Shown here in pieces: positions 12,600 through 25,469 of a DNA stretch of 64,000 nt. Below the pieces are notes generated by a model that was given only the letters and a program-made list of their open reading frames with translations, did not search any database and was not told the DNA's origin. The position numbers and the translations under genes are program-made. Position 1 is the first letter of the stretch. Every line of letters begins with the position of its first letter. The stretch spans positions 434,001-498,000 of the forward strand of contig OZ176060.1 of assembly GCA_964247055.1 (NCBI GenBank). Reading direction: 5' to 3'. The DNA comes from Paragordius varius. Its lineage: Eukaryota; Animalia; Nematomorpha.

Positions 12600-13450
12600 T
12601 GTTAATCAATTACAAACTATAGTAAAATTGAATTATATATACAAAACGTAGGATATTTTTTTTGAAAAAGACAATCAAATTTTTTATTTTCAATTTCGAT
12701 ATTTTTAATTGTAAATACATAATTCATTGCATTACCAATTTCTTATCTATTTCAAACTTTGCAATTTGATAAGAAGTTATATTTTAAAATCAGGTTTAAT
12801 AAAGTACAGCGGGCTAATAAAATACATTTTACACTTTCACGTTTTGCCCTTATAATTTCAATTTTATATGAGATATTATTATGGGTTAGATTATATCTTG
12901 ATATATATCATTTTTATTTCTCATATATTGTTTCTATGTTTTCGTTTATATATAATAAACTTTTAGTTATAGTATGAATTTTATAATAGTAAATCATTTC
13001 CTATGCAATTTAGTTAAATTTTTATATTTCATGCTATCTTATCTAAAATAATACCTATATCACCAAAAAATTTTTAAATTATTTTAATCTCATTTTTAAT
13101 TTGTAATTAAATATTTTATAGTAAAAAGATTAAAACGTAATCGACAAGATTTAAGCTGATAATTATTTACATTGAAAAAGCGTGGCACACCGATTAAATT
13201 ATAAAGCCTATTTGTTATATAGATAGAAATACTTAAAGTATATACAATACCCATTAGATTGTTGGCCACTTCACATTATTTTAGGCCATTTGGCATTACA
13301 GTAACGTGTGATAAAAAACAAACGGTGTGAAATAAACATTTTTCTATTTTTATTACATTAAAATTGTTTATTAATTCAGGGAAAAGATTTGTTTTATATC
13401 ATACGTTAATGTGCTATTTGGTCAACAATAAAATGATTATAGAGTAAAAA
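12600..13450 (-). repeat. Dispersed ~1-kb repeat (family B-associated), inverted relative to 17550-18400 and 46930-47520
   Basis: Shared blocks such as AACAAATAGGCTCTACGGTTTAATC and AAACATAGGAATAAGAAATATTAAAAATGA (reverse complement here). Further copies near 5100-5500, 27640-27950, 28375-28800, 43390-43500 and 43860-44000. Confidence 0.75.
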
Positions 13451-15948
13451 TTGAATACGGACAAAGCGTAAAAATATAAAAGTTATTTTTATTAAACAAC
13501 CATACTTTACAAAATCCATTTTTTTCTGTAAAAATTATTTAATTAGAAAGATTGTATTACTAATTCAGCGCTATTTCACAATCTGCAAAGAAAACAATCA
13601 GTTACTAGGAAAATTTCGTCTTAATCAGGAAATTTGGAATCTCACTATTAAGATTTCGCTTCATTTATAGGTTAAAATTAATAAATTATTATTAAATAAA
13701 GAAAACATAAAGGTATATTTTTCGAGCAATAAACAACCCTCAACAATGAGTGACCAATATAGCTTTTTCTCTATAATTTATTAAATATCTAATAATACAC
13801 ATTTACCGATAATCATATACCCCTATGCTTTATAAGCTGTTCGTGTAGCGACTCTTAGCTTTTCTCATAAATAAGAAAATATAAATTTTTGTCTATATAG
13901 AATATTTCATTAACCTCTTCAAAATGGCACAACTAAATATAAATATACCATAAGCTAAAAGTGTTTTTATATAGTTTCTTTAACATTACATGTTCGTCCG
14001 CCGAGATTTCGCAAAAATAATTAATATAACGAAATATTAAGTACGGCATGTAAATGATTAGAGAATCCATAATTTGCAGAAAACGCTGATAAAATCCCAG
14101 TAAAATTGGATGTTAATAATCCTATTGGTAAAGAATAGAAAAATCATTATATTGTGCTTGCATTTAGAGCACAATGTTTGAAAACTAATAAAATATTTCT
14201 AAACACTCATATTTCCAATGCAGCCGACTAAATACTTAAATCAAAAATTCGGCACGCGAGGGTATTTCTTTTGGACATCCCTGTGCTAATTATACTATTT
14301 TTTTAAATATCAAAAATCTAATTTTAGCGAAATTTTTATCAAAAGTTATTTGAAGCTTACTCTATATTCTATTTTGAGCATGATGAAAAAACACTTTTTT
14401 TCAAATTTAATGAAGCCAAAAAATATCCCTCTGATTGTTTTAATCGCCTTTAATTCAAGTTAGTTATAATTGTACTTACAACTAAACTAAATTCAAAAAC
14501 AACCTAACTTTAATCAACATTCTGAGGTTATAATAATGTTTTACCGAAGATAATTTATCATATCTTAAAGCACATATTTCTGCTTAAAAATCATTATTAA
14601 TTTTCTCTCTAAAGTTTTGGTAGAATCAATTTTTACTGTATTAAAAAAATATTTTATCTAGATTATTATAAATATAACTTTGTATAGTAATATACTCACA
14701 TCACTTGTAAACATTATGTTAGGGTCAGTTATTTTTTAAAATATAATTTCTCAATATTATCAAATTTATAATATCAATTTATTCGAATTCACCCAAAATT
14801 CTTTGGCTTTAAAATTTTATTTGCTTGGAAACATATAATTTTGAAAATTAAAATATTTTTTAAAAAAGAACGGTTTTCATACCCTTTATTTTGCGATTCC
14901 AATAATTTAAAATTTTAAATATTTTATACTTTTAATTATTTAATTATTTATGAAAAAATATTTACGTCAATAATTGATTGACAATTAAAGAAATAATTGA
15001 TTATTTAGCAAAATCATTCCGAATTAAATAATATGTAAAAAAATATATAATTTAATATATAATTAAAAAAAATTAAAAATATAATATTTTTAAAATATAA
15101 AATAATTGAAAAAACTTTGATTTAAATATAAAATGTTTAATTTTTTAACGGTTTTTTAAATTGTCTGCTTTTTATTATTCAATAAAATATTCAAATTATT
15201 TGGAAAATGGGTAATTATATATTTTTTTTAATTTTATTTTTATTAATATTACAAATATTTTAATTATTTTATTTTATTATTTACATATATATTATATTTT
15301 TATTAATTTTAATATTATTATTCATACTCTAATTTTTAAAAATAATACAATATTTAAAATAAAAATTGTAAAATTGTTTAATGATTATATTTTTTGTGAT
15401 TTAATTTAATATTTAACCTTTTTTAATATATTAGCATATTAAAGATATTTATAAATTATAAAATTTAGATGATATTTTTAGATTATTTTTTATTTTAAAA
15501 TTTTGCAATTTATTATTTTTTATTTTGATATAATTATTATTACTAATAATTTATTTAAAAATCATCATATATATAATTTCAAAAAATATATATTTAAATC
15601 AAAAAATTAAATTCCATCTATACCATTATTAATCAAATTACCTCATGTAAAAATTTAAGTACATTTTAATTAGATAATTGATAAAATTATTTAAACTGAT
15701 TTAATAATAATTCTAGTTTTTTATATTTATAGTATTTTTCTAATCTTATTTTATCACGCTTTTCTTGAAAAAATATTATGTTTAGATTTTAAAATTTTAA
15801 TATTAATTTATAATGTCCTTTAGTGTTTTACAATTACCAATGATCCAGCTTTATAAGCGACTTACAACCTTAGATGATTACAGATTATTTTACATATTTT
15901 TTTTCTTAAGTCTATAGAGTTTATCTTTGCAAAGTTACTCAAATATTA

Positions 15949-16202
15949 CAGTAAAAATTAAAATTATACGGAGAAAACGTAAATATATAAAGACAAATAT
16001 CAAAATATCTCTAATTCTAACTTGGCAATTCTAAACCGTGATTTTCAAGTAAAAAATCAAGATTTTAAAAGTATGTGGTAACACAATCTATTATATATTT
16101 TACAACTGGAAAATAATTAATGCTAAAAAAAGTATAGTAATCTTTAATAAAAAATATTTGTCTTTATATTTTTACGTTTTGCCCGCGTATCAATTTTTAC
16201 TG
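15949..16202. mobile_element. MITE family A copy
   Basis: TA|CAGTAAAAATTAAAATTATACGG ... CAATTTTTACTG. Confidence 0.8.
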
Positions 16203-19200
16203 TCTTAAGAATAAATTTTATTTTATTTTTTAGTAAGTTTAATTACAGTTCATATGCAAAGTTAATCATTAATAATCAATTTAACTTGATTTTAAACATT
16301 TTTTGATCTATATCTTTTCGTCTCGTCATTTATATATTTTTTATAAAAAAATAAAACATACATTTTAGATTTCGGCGACTCAACTTACAAACTTTGGTGT
16401 GATCTTGATACTAAGCTTTATAAAGTAGAACTAAAAAATCAACAAGAAACGTATATTGATGATCCATCTAAACCGGCCTCATTTCTTAATTTGTTGGAAA
16501 ATGAAGATTTTACAAATGATGATTTACGGACAATTCTGAACGCTTCTTTCCATAACCTTTGTTATTTAAGAGAACATAAAAGCGAAAATATCTTACAAAA
16601 TAATAATTTAGACTATGAAAATAAAAATTATACCAAAACCAACAAAGATACCCTAATTAGTGATTTGGTAGGAGAACAGACAGAACCTTTAGATCTTTCG
16701 CTGAAAAAACCTCCAAAAAGTATAAAAAAAATTACTCCGGTGTGCGACAGTAGTGATTCCAATGATATAAGCATGAATGATATGAACAAGCTATTTGATG
16801 ATAACAATAATAATCGAAAACCTAATGAGTCCCTATACACTCATTTGGAGAATTGTTATCGATGTATTCAATGTGATAAAATTTATAAGGACCAACATGT
16901 TTTAGCCAGACATATTCGTTCTGTTCATGAACAAGCTAAATATCCGTGCAAAATTTGCAAAAATATTTTCTAAAGGTAATCTCGCTAGGCACATTAAGTC
17001 GGTTCATGAAAAAATTAAACATTGTCTGATTTGTAAAATTAATATTTCTCAAAAAGGCAATCCTGCAACACATATTCAATCTGTTCGTGAACAATTAAAA
17101 CATTTATGTCCCATTTGTAAATACGAGTTTTCACAGAGAGAAAGTCTTGGAAGGCACAAATCTGTTCATAACAAATTAAAAATGAATGTTCAATTTGTGA
17201 AAAGAAATAACCCGAAAAAGTATATCTTGCAAAACACATTGAATCTGTTTATAAATTAAACATCATTGCAAGGTTTATTGCCAATTAGACTAATAAACGC
17301 ACTCTTACCAGGCATATTAAAATATAAATTCTCATTTGTAAAGATTATCCAAATTTAATACATCAAAATTTTACATAATAATTTAGTTTTAGTTTTATCA
17401 TTCTTGTAAATAAAATATATTGAAATTCATTTATTTCATTGAGTCACTTGCAAAATTGATTCAATTTTATTTAAACGGATAAAATACTAGGCATGTTATT
17501 TAACCGGTCAGTAATATTTTCTGTAGATAGGCATTAAAAACATTACACACTTGGTTGGCCAATTAGCAATACAGTATAGCAAACATATAAAACAATTTTT
17601 GTTATAATAATAAATAAATTTAAAATATTTAAAATAATTAAAAATAAAGTAAAATATAATAGGATAAAAATATACTATTTTCGGTATTTCTTGTAAAGTT
17701 ACTAATTTAAATTATTTTTAATTAAAATTACATAAAGCAAATAAATAAGTTTAATGTTGTAATTATAGGAAAAACCTTTATTTCACACCGTTTGTGTACT
17801 CACACCTTACTGTATTGCCAATTGGCTAAAAATAATGTAAAGTGGGCGACAATAAATTGGGTACTGTATATGCTCTAAGTTTATTTATATAATAAATAGG
17901 CTCTACGGTTTAATCAGTCTGGCCAGCTTTTTCAATCTAAATAATTGTCAGCTTAAACTTTTCAGCCTCTTACGTATAGTTGTTTGAAAATCGCCGACTA
18001 AGAAATTAAACTTTTAAAAAATATTTGCATAAAAATCCTAAGATTAAATAAATAATTAAAAAATTTGGCGATATAGGATATAGTTCAGTAAAAGTGAACA
18101 TCTAAATATAAATACAAAGTTGTATATAAAATAATTTTCGCTTTATTGATTCTTCAATAATAGTATAAGGTCTATTTTTGATAGATTAAACATAGGAATA
18201 AGAAATATTAAAAATGAAATATACCCATATATTCAAACTACAATAATATTTCATATACATTTGAAATTCGGACAAAATTAAAATGTTAAAACAAACTTTT
18301 TCTAAAAGAGTGTTTTTCTTTATGAATCAAATTTAAATTTGAAATAGACATATGAATGATTAATTATGCAGATAGAAGTAGGATATTTATAAGAATTTGT
18401 TTTTTCGTTTTTTCTGTAAAATTTATAGTTTAATAAATATATCAATTATATTGAATAAGCTATCAACATATACAAAATATTGTTAGTGTTTACAAATTTA
18501 AAATCTTTTGTAATGATTAAATTTGAGATTACCTAATATTATTTTAAGATTTATTAAGACTAACGTGTATATTATATTATATATATAATATACTTATAAT
18601 ACGGACAAAACACAAAATATGAAACAACTATTTTTTTAAAACTTTGTCCTTTAAATTGAAAAGTATAAAAAAGAGATTATATTAGACATCAATTATTTAT
18701 TTCACTATTATAATTAAACTTATAATAAAAAACCTGTTAAATGAAAAATAGTATTTTTTAAAAAATTATCCTTATATTTTTACATGTTGGTATAATTTAT
18801 CTGTAAATCGATGGTTTATAAACTATCAAATTTATATTTAAAAAAGTAAATATCATTTAAGTGCATATTACATTTTTATTGGGCGCAAATATATTGTAAA
18901 TAAATTAGAGATTAATTAACTTTGGATATGCTATAAATTGTTATATAATAATGGGTTCTTACGTTTGCTTTTTTTACACCCGTTTTTTCCTGAATTAAAA
19001 TTGCCTAAAATACTGCTAGTAAAAATTTAATATAATTTTAATCACTTTATTATAATAAATTAACAGAATAAGTCTAATTCATTTTATTAATAATTTTTTT
19101 ATTGGATATTTTACATAAGTATTGTTTTAAATTTTATGGCCACTTAAAATTTTACCAAGTTCCGAATTCAAATATGTTCTCTAATATATACTTTGTTTAT

Positions 19201-19203
19201 ATA
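16130..19203 (+). repeat. ~3-kb block (MITE end, zinc-finger gene and downstream repeat) duplicated at about 45790-48350
   Basis: Colinear similarity across the ZF gene and from 17840-19200 to 46925-48350. Confidence 0.8.
16369..17330 (+). pseudogene. C2H2 zinc-finger protein gene with PLDLS motif (copy 1, frameshifted in the finger array)
   Basis: Acceptor TTTTAG at 16368, then an open frame 16371-16973: FGDSTYKLWCDL...EQTEPLDLSLKKPP...CIQCDKIYKDQHVLARHIRSVHE. About 5-6 further decayed fingers of type CxxC..LxRHIxSVHE follow. Confidence 0.85.
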
Positions 19204-19681
19204 CAGTATGCATTTTAATGTATGTTAAGTAATTTTATTGCCTGCCGAATAACATAAATGGTTTATCAAAAGCGTAAAATACTGACCCACAAAATTATTT
19301 CGCAGTACACATATGAAAGAAGATTGACGTGAGAATTAACATAGGCCTTAATTTGATGGATATTTTGTAATGTTAAATTTTGAGAATATTATAGCAAATT
19401 ATGTTAACATTTGTAATATTGTTGTTACGTATTTAGATGCGGAATTTTGTGGGTTTTTATCTTTGATAAATTAATAAATAGTAAAATACGTATTTTAAGA
19501 TATTTTATGTTAATTATTTTTATTAATAATAAATATTTTTCACATGCTAAATACCTGTATTAATCAATATTAGTATTATAATTTTATATACTTGTTATTA
19601 CTAATAACACAGGTAAATATATATTTGTGAAAATTTAAATATATTTTAGATTTGACTTTTATGTTTTGCATTATTTTTATC

Positions 19682-21965
19682 AGGTAAAAATTGCGGTTTT
19701 TAATAAATTTCCTAAAAATTTAGTTTTTTTTTGTTTTTTAGGTTTTGCATTGATAGTTGTAAATAATTACTACATATTTTGGACATTATAATAAATAGAG
19801 GTAAAAATTGCGGTTTTTAATAAATTTACTAAAAATTTAGTTTTTTAGGTTTTGCATTGTTAGTTGTAATTAATTACTACATATTTTGGACATTATAATA
19901 AATAGAGGTAAAAATTGCGGTTTTTAATAAATTTACTAAAAATTTAGTTTTTTGTTTTTTAGGTATTGCATTGTTAGTTGTAAATAATTACTACATATTT
20001 TGGACATTATTATAACAAATAAAAATTGTGGTTTTTAATAAATTTGCTAAAAATTTAGTTTTTTTTGTTTTTTAGGTTTTGCATTGTTAATTGTAATTAT
20101 TACTACATATTTTGGACATTATAATAAATACAGGTAAAAATTGCGGTTTTTAATAAATTTGCTAAAAATTTAGTTTTTGTTTTTTAGGTTTTGCATTGTT
20201 AATTGTAATTAATTACTACATATTTTGGACATTATAATAAATACAGGTAAAAATTGCGGTTTTTAATAAATTTGCTAAAAATTTAGTTTTTGTTTTTTAG
20301 GTTTTGCATTGTTAATTGTAATTAATTACTACATATTTTGGACATTATTATAACAAATAAAAATTGTGGTTTTTAATAAATTTGCTAAAAATTTAGTTTT
20401 TTTTGTTTTTTAGGTTTTGCATTGTTAATTGTGATTAATTACTACATATTTTGGACATTATAATAAATACAGGTAAAAATTGCGGTTTTTAATAAATTTA
20501 CTAAAAATTTAGTTTTTTTATTTGTTTTTTAGGTTTTGCATTGTTAATTGTAATTAATTACTACATATTTTGGACATTATAATAAATACAGGTAAAAATT
20601 GCGGTTTTTAATAAATTTGCTAAAAATTTAGTTTTTGTTTTTTAGGTTTTGCATTGTTAATTGTAATTAATTACTACATATTTTGGACATTATTATAACA
20701 AATAAAAATTGTGGTTTTTAATAAATTTGCTAAAAATTTAGTTTTTTTTGTTTTTTAGGTTTTGCATTGTTAATTGTGATTAATTACTACATATTTTGGA
20801 CATTATAATAAATACAGGTAAAAATTGCGGTTTTTAATAAATTTACTAAAAATTTAGTTTTTTTATTTGTTTTTTAGGTTTTGCATTGTTAATTGTAATT
20901 AATTACTACATATTTTGGACATTATAATAAATACAGGTAAAAATTGCGGTTTTTAATAAATTTGCTAAAAATTTAGTTTTTGTTTTTTAGGTTTTGCATT
21001 GTTAATTGTGATTAATTACTACATATTTTGGACATTATTATAACAAATAAAAATTGTGGTTTTTAATAAATTTGCTAAAAATTTAGTTTTTTTTGTTTTT
21101 TAGGTTTTGCATTGTTAATTGTGATTAATTACTACATATTTTGGACATTATAATAAATACAGGTAAAAATTGCGGTTTTTAATAAATTTACTAAAAATTT
21201 AGTTTTTTTATTTGTTTTTTAGGTTTTGCATTGTTAATTGTAATTGATTACTACATATTTTGGACATTATAATAAATACAGGTAAAAATTGCGGTTTTTA
21301 ATAAATTTACTATTTATTTGTTTGTTTTTTGGGTTTTGCATTGTTAATTGTAATTAATTACTACATATTTTGGACATTATAATAAATACAGGTAAAAATT
21401 GCGGTTTTTAATAAATTTACTAAAAATTTAGTTTTTTTTGTTTTTTTAAGTTTTGCATTCTTAATTATTACTAATTTTTAAGTATTTCAGACATTTTAAT
21501 CAGGTAAAAATTGCGGTTTTTGACAAATTTAGTAAAAATTTAGTTTTTTTTGTTTTTTATGTTTTGCATTCTTAATTATTAATAATTTTTAAGTTTTCAG
21601 ATATTTTAATCAGGTAAAAATTGCGGTTTTTAATATGCTAAAAATTTAGTTTTTTGTTTGTTTTTTAGGTTTTGCAATGTTAATTGTAATTAATTACTAC
21701 ATATTTTGGACATTATTATAGATACAGGTAAAAATTCCGGTTTTTAATAAATTTACTAAAAATTTAGTTTTTTTTTTGTTTTGGGTTTTGCATTGTTAGT
21801 TGTAAATAATTACTACATATTTTGGACATTATAATAAATAGAGGTAAAAATTACGGTTTTTAATAAATTTACTAAAAATTTATTTTTTGTTTGTTTTTTA
21901 GGTTCTGCATTGTAAATTATACATAGTCTTGAAATATTTTTACATACTATAATAAATACAGGTAA
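19682..21965 (+). repeat. Tandem array of a ~106-115 bp unit (about 20 copies) inside the left TIR
   Basis: Unit AGGTAAAAATTGCGGTTTTTAATAAATTT...TTTTGGACATTATAATAAATAC. About 3-4 inverted units in the right TIR (about 25730-26095). Confidence 0.95.
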
Positions 21966-22239
21966 AAATCAATGTTTTTCGGTTTTATATGTAATTACAA
22001 ATACCAACCAATATGAAAAATTATTTATATTCACAACATCTATATATAGATGCAAATAAAATATATTTATATTTAGAGGTTTAATAAATCGATAATAAAG
22101 ACCTACTATTAATTAAATCATATACTAAGCTCCAAAATGAATAAGAAGCATATTATTTTTAATTATAAATAAATTTATTTATATATAATAAATCATCATA
22201 AATCATAATTCAATGTTAGCATCATCGAGCTTTATGTCG

Positions 22240-22840
22240 ATCTATATCAACATTGTCATTGATCGTCTTGTATGTTAGATTTGCTACAATTTAATGATTA
22301 ATATCATCAATTATTATAATTGGACAATTGAATATTGAAAACACTGATTGCAATAGTGTGGGATCTTATTATAAGTAACAGTATAATTTAAACACTTGTT
22401 CGATATTCTTTATAATCCGGGTGATCATCTAAATAAAAAAAAGATTAGTGGGTTTTTAAAATTTTATATTTACTATCTCTTTTTTATGAAATATAACAAA
22501 AATACCTGATAAAAGACTCAATTTTCATCCAAAAGATTACTGGAAAACGTGGATAAAATTAAGAATATTTTACCATCATTCTTTGGGATGATTATATCAG
22601 CTAACATAAAAGAGAGATGAGTTTTTATGGAATTTAATAAAATGATATTACTGTTCCTACAATCGCTTTCCTGGATTCCATAACAGTCGGAGCTAACACC
22701 AATTAAAATAAAAAATAAATTAACCTTTATAAAATTGGAAAAATATTGTTTTATAAAAAAGAAAATAAAAAATGTTATAAATTTTTCCATCTGCATTTTC
22801 TTTATAAGAGCCAAAACTAAAAAACGAATCCCTTTCATAG
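22240..22840 (-). pseudogene. Decayed inverted paralog of exons 1-6 of the transposase gene
   Basis: The reverse complement aligns with 22925-23620, e.g. GATTGTAGGAACAGTAATAT vs GATTGTAGGATCAGTAATAT, TATCAGGTATTTTTGTTA in both, AGATGATCACCCGGAT vs AGATGATCTACCGGAT, ATTAAATTGTAGC in both. Confidence 0.85.
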
Positions 22841-23008
22841 TCTTAACAAAAAATACGAATTTGATAAAATTTTCTTCTTCGCACTCATACCATGCCAGAA
22901 AAGCTTAGGCGCCTTGTCTTCATAGTGTAGGGAATTTTTCGTGCTGTTTTGGTTGCTAAAAAGAAATAAAAGAAAACTGTAAAAAGATCATTTTTAATTT
23001 TTTTTATA

Positions 23009-25115
23009 ATGAAAAAAGTCAATTTTTGCAAATATTATGAAGGTAAATTATTTTTATATTAATTAGGGGATTCTAACAATGATAATGTCTTAGCTCCCAA
23101 CAGTATTTCGGATTGTGACAGCTATGCCCAGGAAAATGATTGTAGGATCAGTAATATTATTTTATTATTTTCTTTAAAAACTCATCTATCTTTTTATATA
23201 TTTTAGCTGATATGATCGTCCCAGAAAATGATGGTAAAAAAATCATAATTTTTCAGGATTATCCACATTATCCAGTGATCTTTGGGATGACTACAGTCTA
23301 TTATCAGGTATTTTTGTTAATATTTCATAAATAAGAGATAGTGATTATAATTAAATTTTATATAGATGATCTACCGGATGATGAAGATTTTAGAACAAGT
23401 GCATTAAATTATAAATTTATAGATAATAGGACCCCAACACTTTTGGAATTAGTGGTGTCGAAATTAGGTCACTGTCCTCCCATTATAATTACACACATAA
23501 ATAATGATTCATTTTACACTAAATATGACAATAAAAAAAAGGAAGTCGAACCTAGAGGTATCATAATTTATGTTAATTAAATTGTAGCTAATAATTCACA
23601 CCAAGCAGGATGTAGCTATATTTTAGGTTTTTATAAATTTGTATATTGTATTAATTATATATTATAAATATTTAAATTTAATCAAAAGTTGATGATATTC
23701 CTTTCAATAACAATAATTATTTGGAGAGCACTCGTGTCGTTCCTAATATATCAGATGATGAAGGTATTTAAATTTTCATATTTAAGATAATCCCACGCCT
23801 AAACAAATATATCAACCAAATTTTTATTCGGGTGCTGAAAGACATTTAATATGCAATATTAATTCGGGAAAAAATAATGGTATATTAATTTTTTATTAAA
23901 TTCTAAGAAATTCGAAAAACGCAGAATGATAAAAAGGCGAAACTATTAAGTGATATAGATGTCCGACAATTTTTTATGGATGAAAGTATTTTTTATTTAA
24001 TTTTAGCTGTTTCTATTATGACATTCGACTCTCCTGTACCTAGACGCACTGCTACGAGTAAAAACATAATTTATATATAGATCGATCATTTTGGACTGCA
24101 GAGAAATTAGAAACTGCTCGATTAATATTTAACGACTCTATTAATCATGGGGTCAGTAGTAAAAAGCTTGTAGAGCGCATTAGAATGAGTCAAACGAGTA
24201 TTAATAAGATCAGAAGGATACTAGCCAGAGGAGATGAGCTTGTAGTTGTAAAAAGAGGGAGGTGTACGTCGAAAAATAATCATATAGCTCACAAAGCTAT
24301 AAGAAAGAAAATTAATGAGTCTCCTGATTTCACGCAACAGTATCATAAATTGTTTGCCAGATAAATTATAAATGTCTTTATCTTCTCTCCGAAAACGTTT
24401 CAAAGAGATGGATGTCGTAAAAAAGCATCCTTATCGTGAACCTATCGCACGTAATATGCCCGAAAATATAGAGGCGAGGTATTCAACATATTTTTTGACT
24501 CTCTTTTAAAATTTTATTATTTTAGATATCATTTTGCACAAGAAATGATGCCTGTAAGGGCTGAAGATCAAGTGTATCTGGATGAATGCTTATTTGTCAT
24601 GAATAGAAACAGAAAATGGGTTTGGGTGGGAAGAAATGGGAATGTAGTTCTTAAAGTATTAAAAAGATCCCGGAATATTTCGCTCATATGTGTTATTGGG
24701 CTAAAAGGCGTGTTGGCCTATGAAATATGCGATGGCGCTTTTAATGGCCAAAAATTTTTAGATTTTTACAAACTGTTTTATTAAAATTAAGTAATAATCA
24801 AATTATAATTATGGACAACGCGCCAATTCATCACGCCAGAATTTTGAATAGTTATAAAAATAAAATTAAATATTTGCCACCTTATAGTCCCCAAATCAAT
24901 CCCATAGAACTTTTTTTTCCCAATTGAAAAGTAAAGTTTATAAAATAAGATATTCAAATTCTTCGGAATTAAAAATAAATTTAAAAGCCTGTCTAGATGA
25001 ATTTCCTAATAAAGATTTTTATAGATACTTTTTACATAACAGTTTAGCATTGAGAGAGTGTCTATTAAAAAAACCCATGGTATCAGAAAATATTGGATGT
25101 AAAGGCGAAAATTAG
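23009..25115 (+). pseudogene. Multi-exon Tc1/IS630-like transposase (DD30E) with a ~241-aa N-terminal extension, lightly decayed
   Basis: Predicted exons 23009-23042, 23067-23150, 23207-23233, 23257-23307, 23366-23557, 23588-23626, 23689-23763, 23787-23879, 23908-23985, 24007-24057, 24081-24478, 24526-25115. Catalytic motifs VYLDE (D 24581), IMDNAPIH (D 24814), LPPYSPQINPIE (E 24907). Lesions: frameshift plus TAA near 24340-24371 and two -1 changes in T runs near 24770 and 24915. Confidence 0.85.
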
Positions 25116-25469
25116 TCAAATTGTATGAAAACAGTTAAATATTTTTATTTTTTTATATTTTAATTTTTGCCCTTTAAAGGTAAGATTTAGCCTTTCACAT
25201 AAACTTCATCACATATACCGGTGAGAATATAAGGTGGCATTTATATTTTTATAACTATTTTTAAATTTACATAATTTTTATCAATATTTATTTTATGTAG
25301 TTGAGTTTTTTTCGAATTTAAAAATTTTGAACCTATGAAGCAATATTAGCGTTTTATATACACACACCCTTTTAGCCCAATATTTATCTTTACCTGTCTT
25401 ATTTGTATTAACATATACATATATGTTATTTTTATATTACATTATAAATTGGATTTCCCATATAATGCC

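Noticed and set aside
14230-14290. Mariner-like terminus (reverse complement CACAGGGATGTCCAAAAG; similar TACAGGGATGATGTTCAATAA near 27135)
   Set aside because: Short and degenerate, with no partner end or transposase identified, so too weak to call as a feature.
14900-15800. Extremely AT-rich tract as an origin or regulatory element
   Set aside because: It shares a diverged block with about 55000-55300 and 63100-63800, so it is best explained as another old repeat. There is no functional evidence.
22518-22838. 106-aa minus-strand ORF as an independent gene
   Set aside because: It reads through introns of the decayed mirror copy of transposase exons 1-4, mostly out of the original frame.
24340-24360. 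A 21-nt GTATCA...CCAG intron that might repair the transposase frameshift
   Set aside because: Splicing it gives an immediate TAA, and no nearby acceptor restores the frame. The lesion is treated as real.
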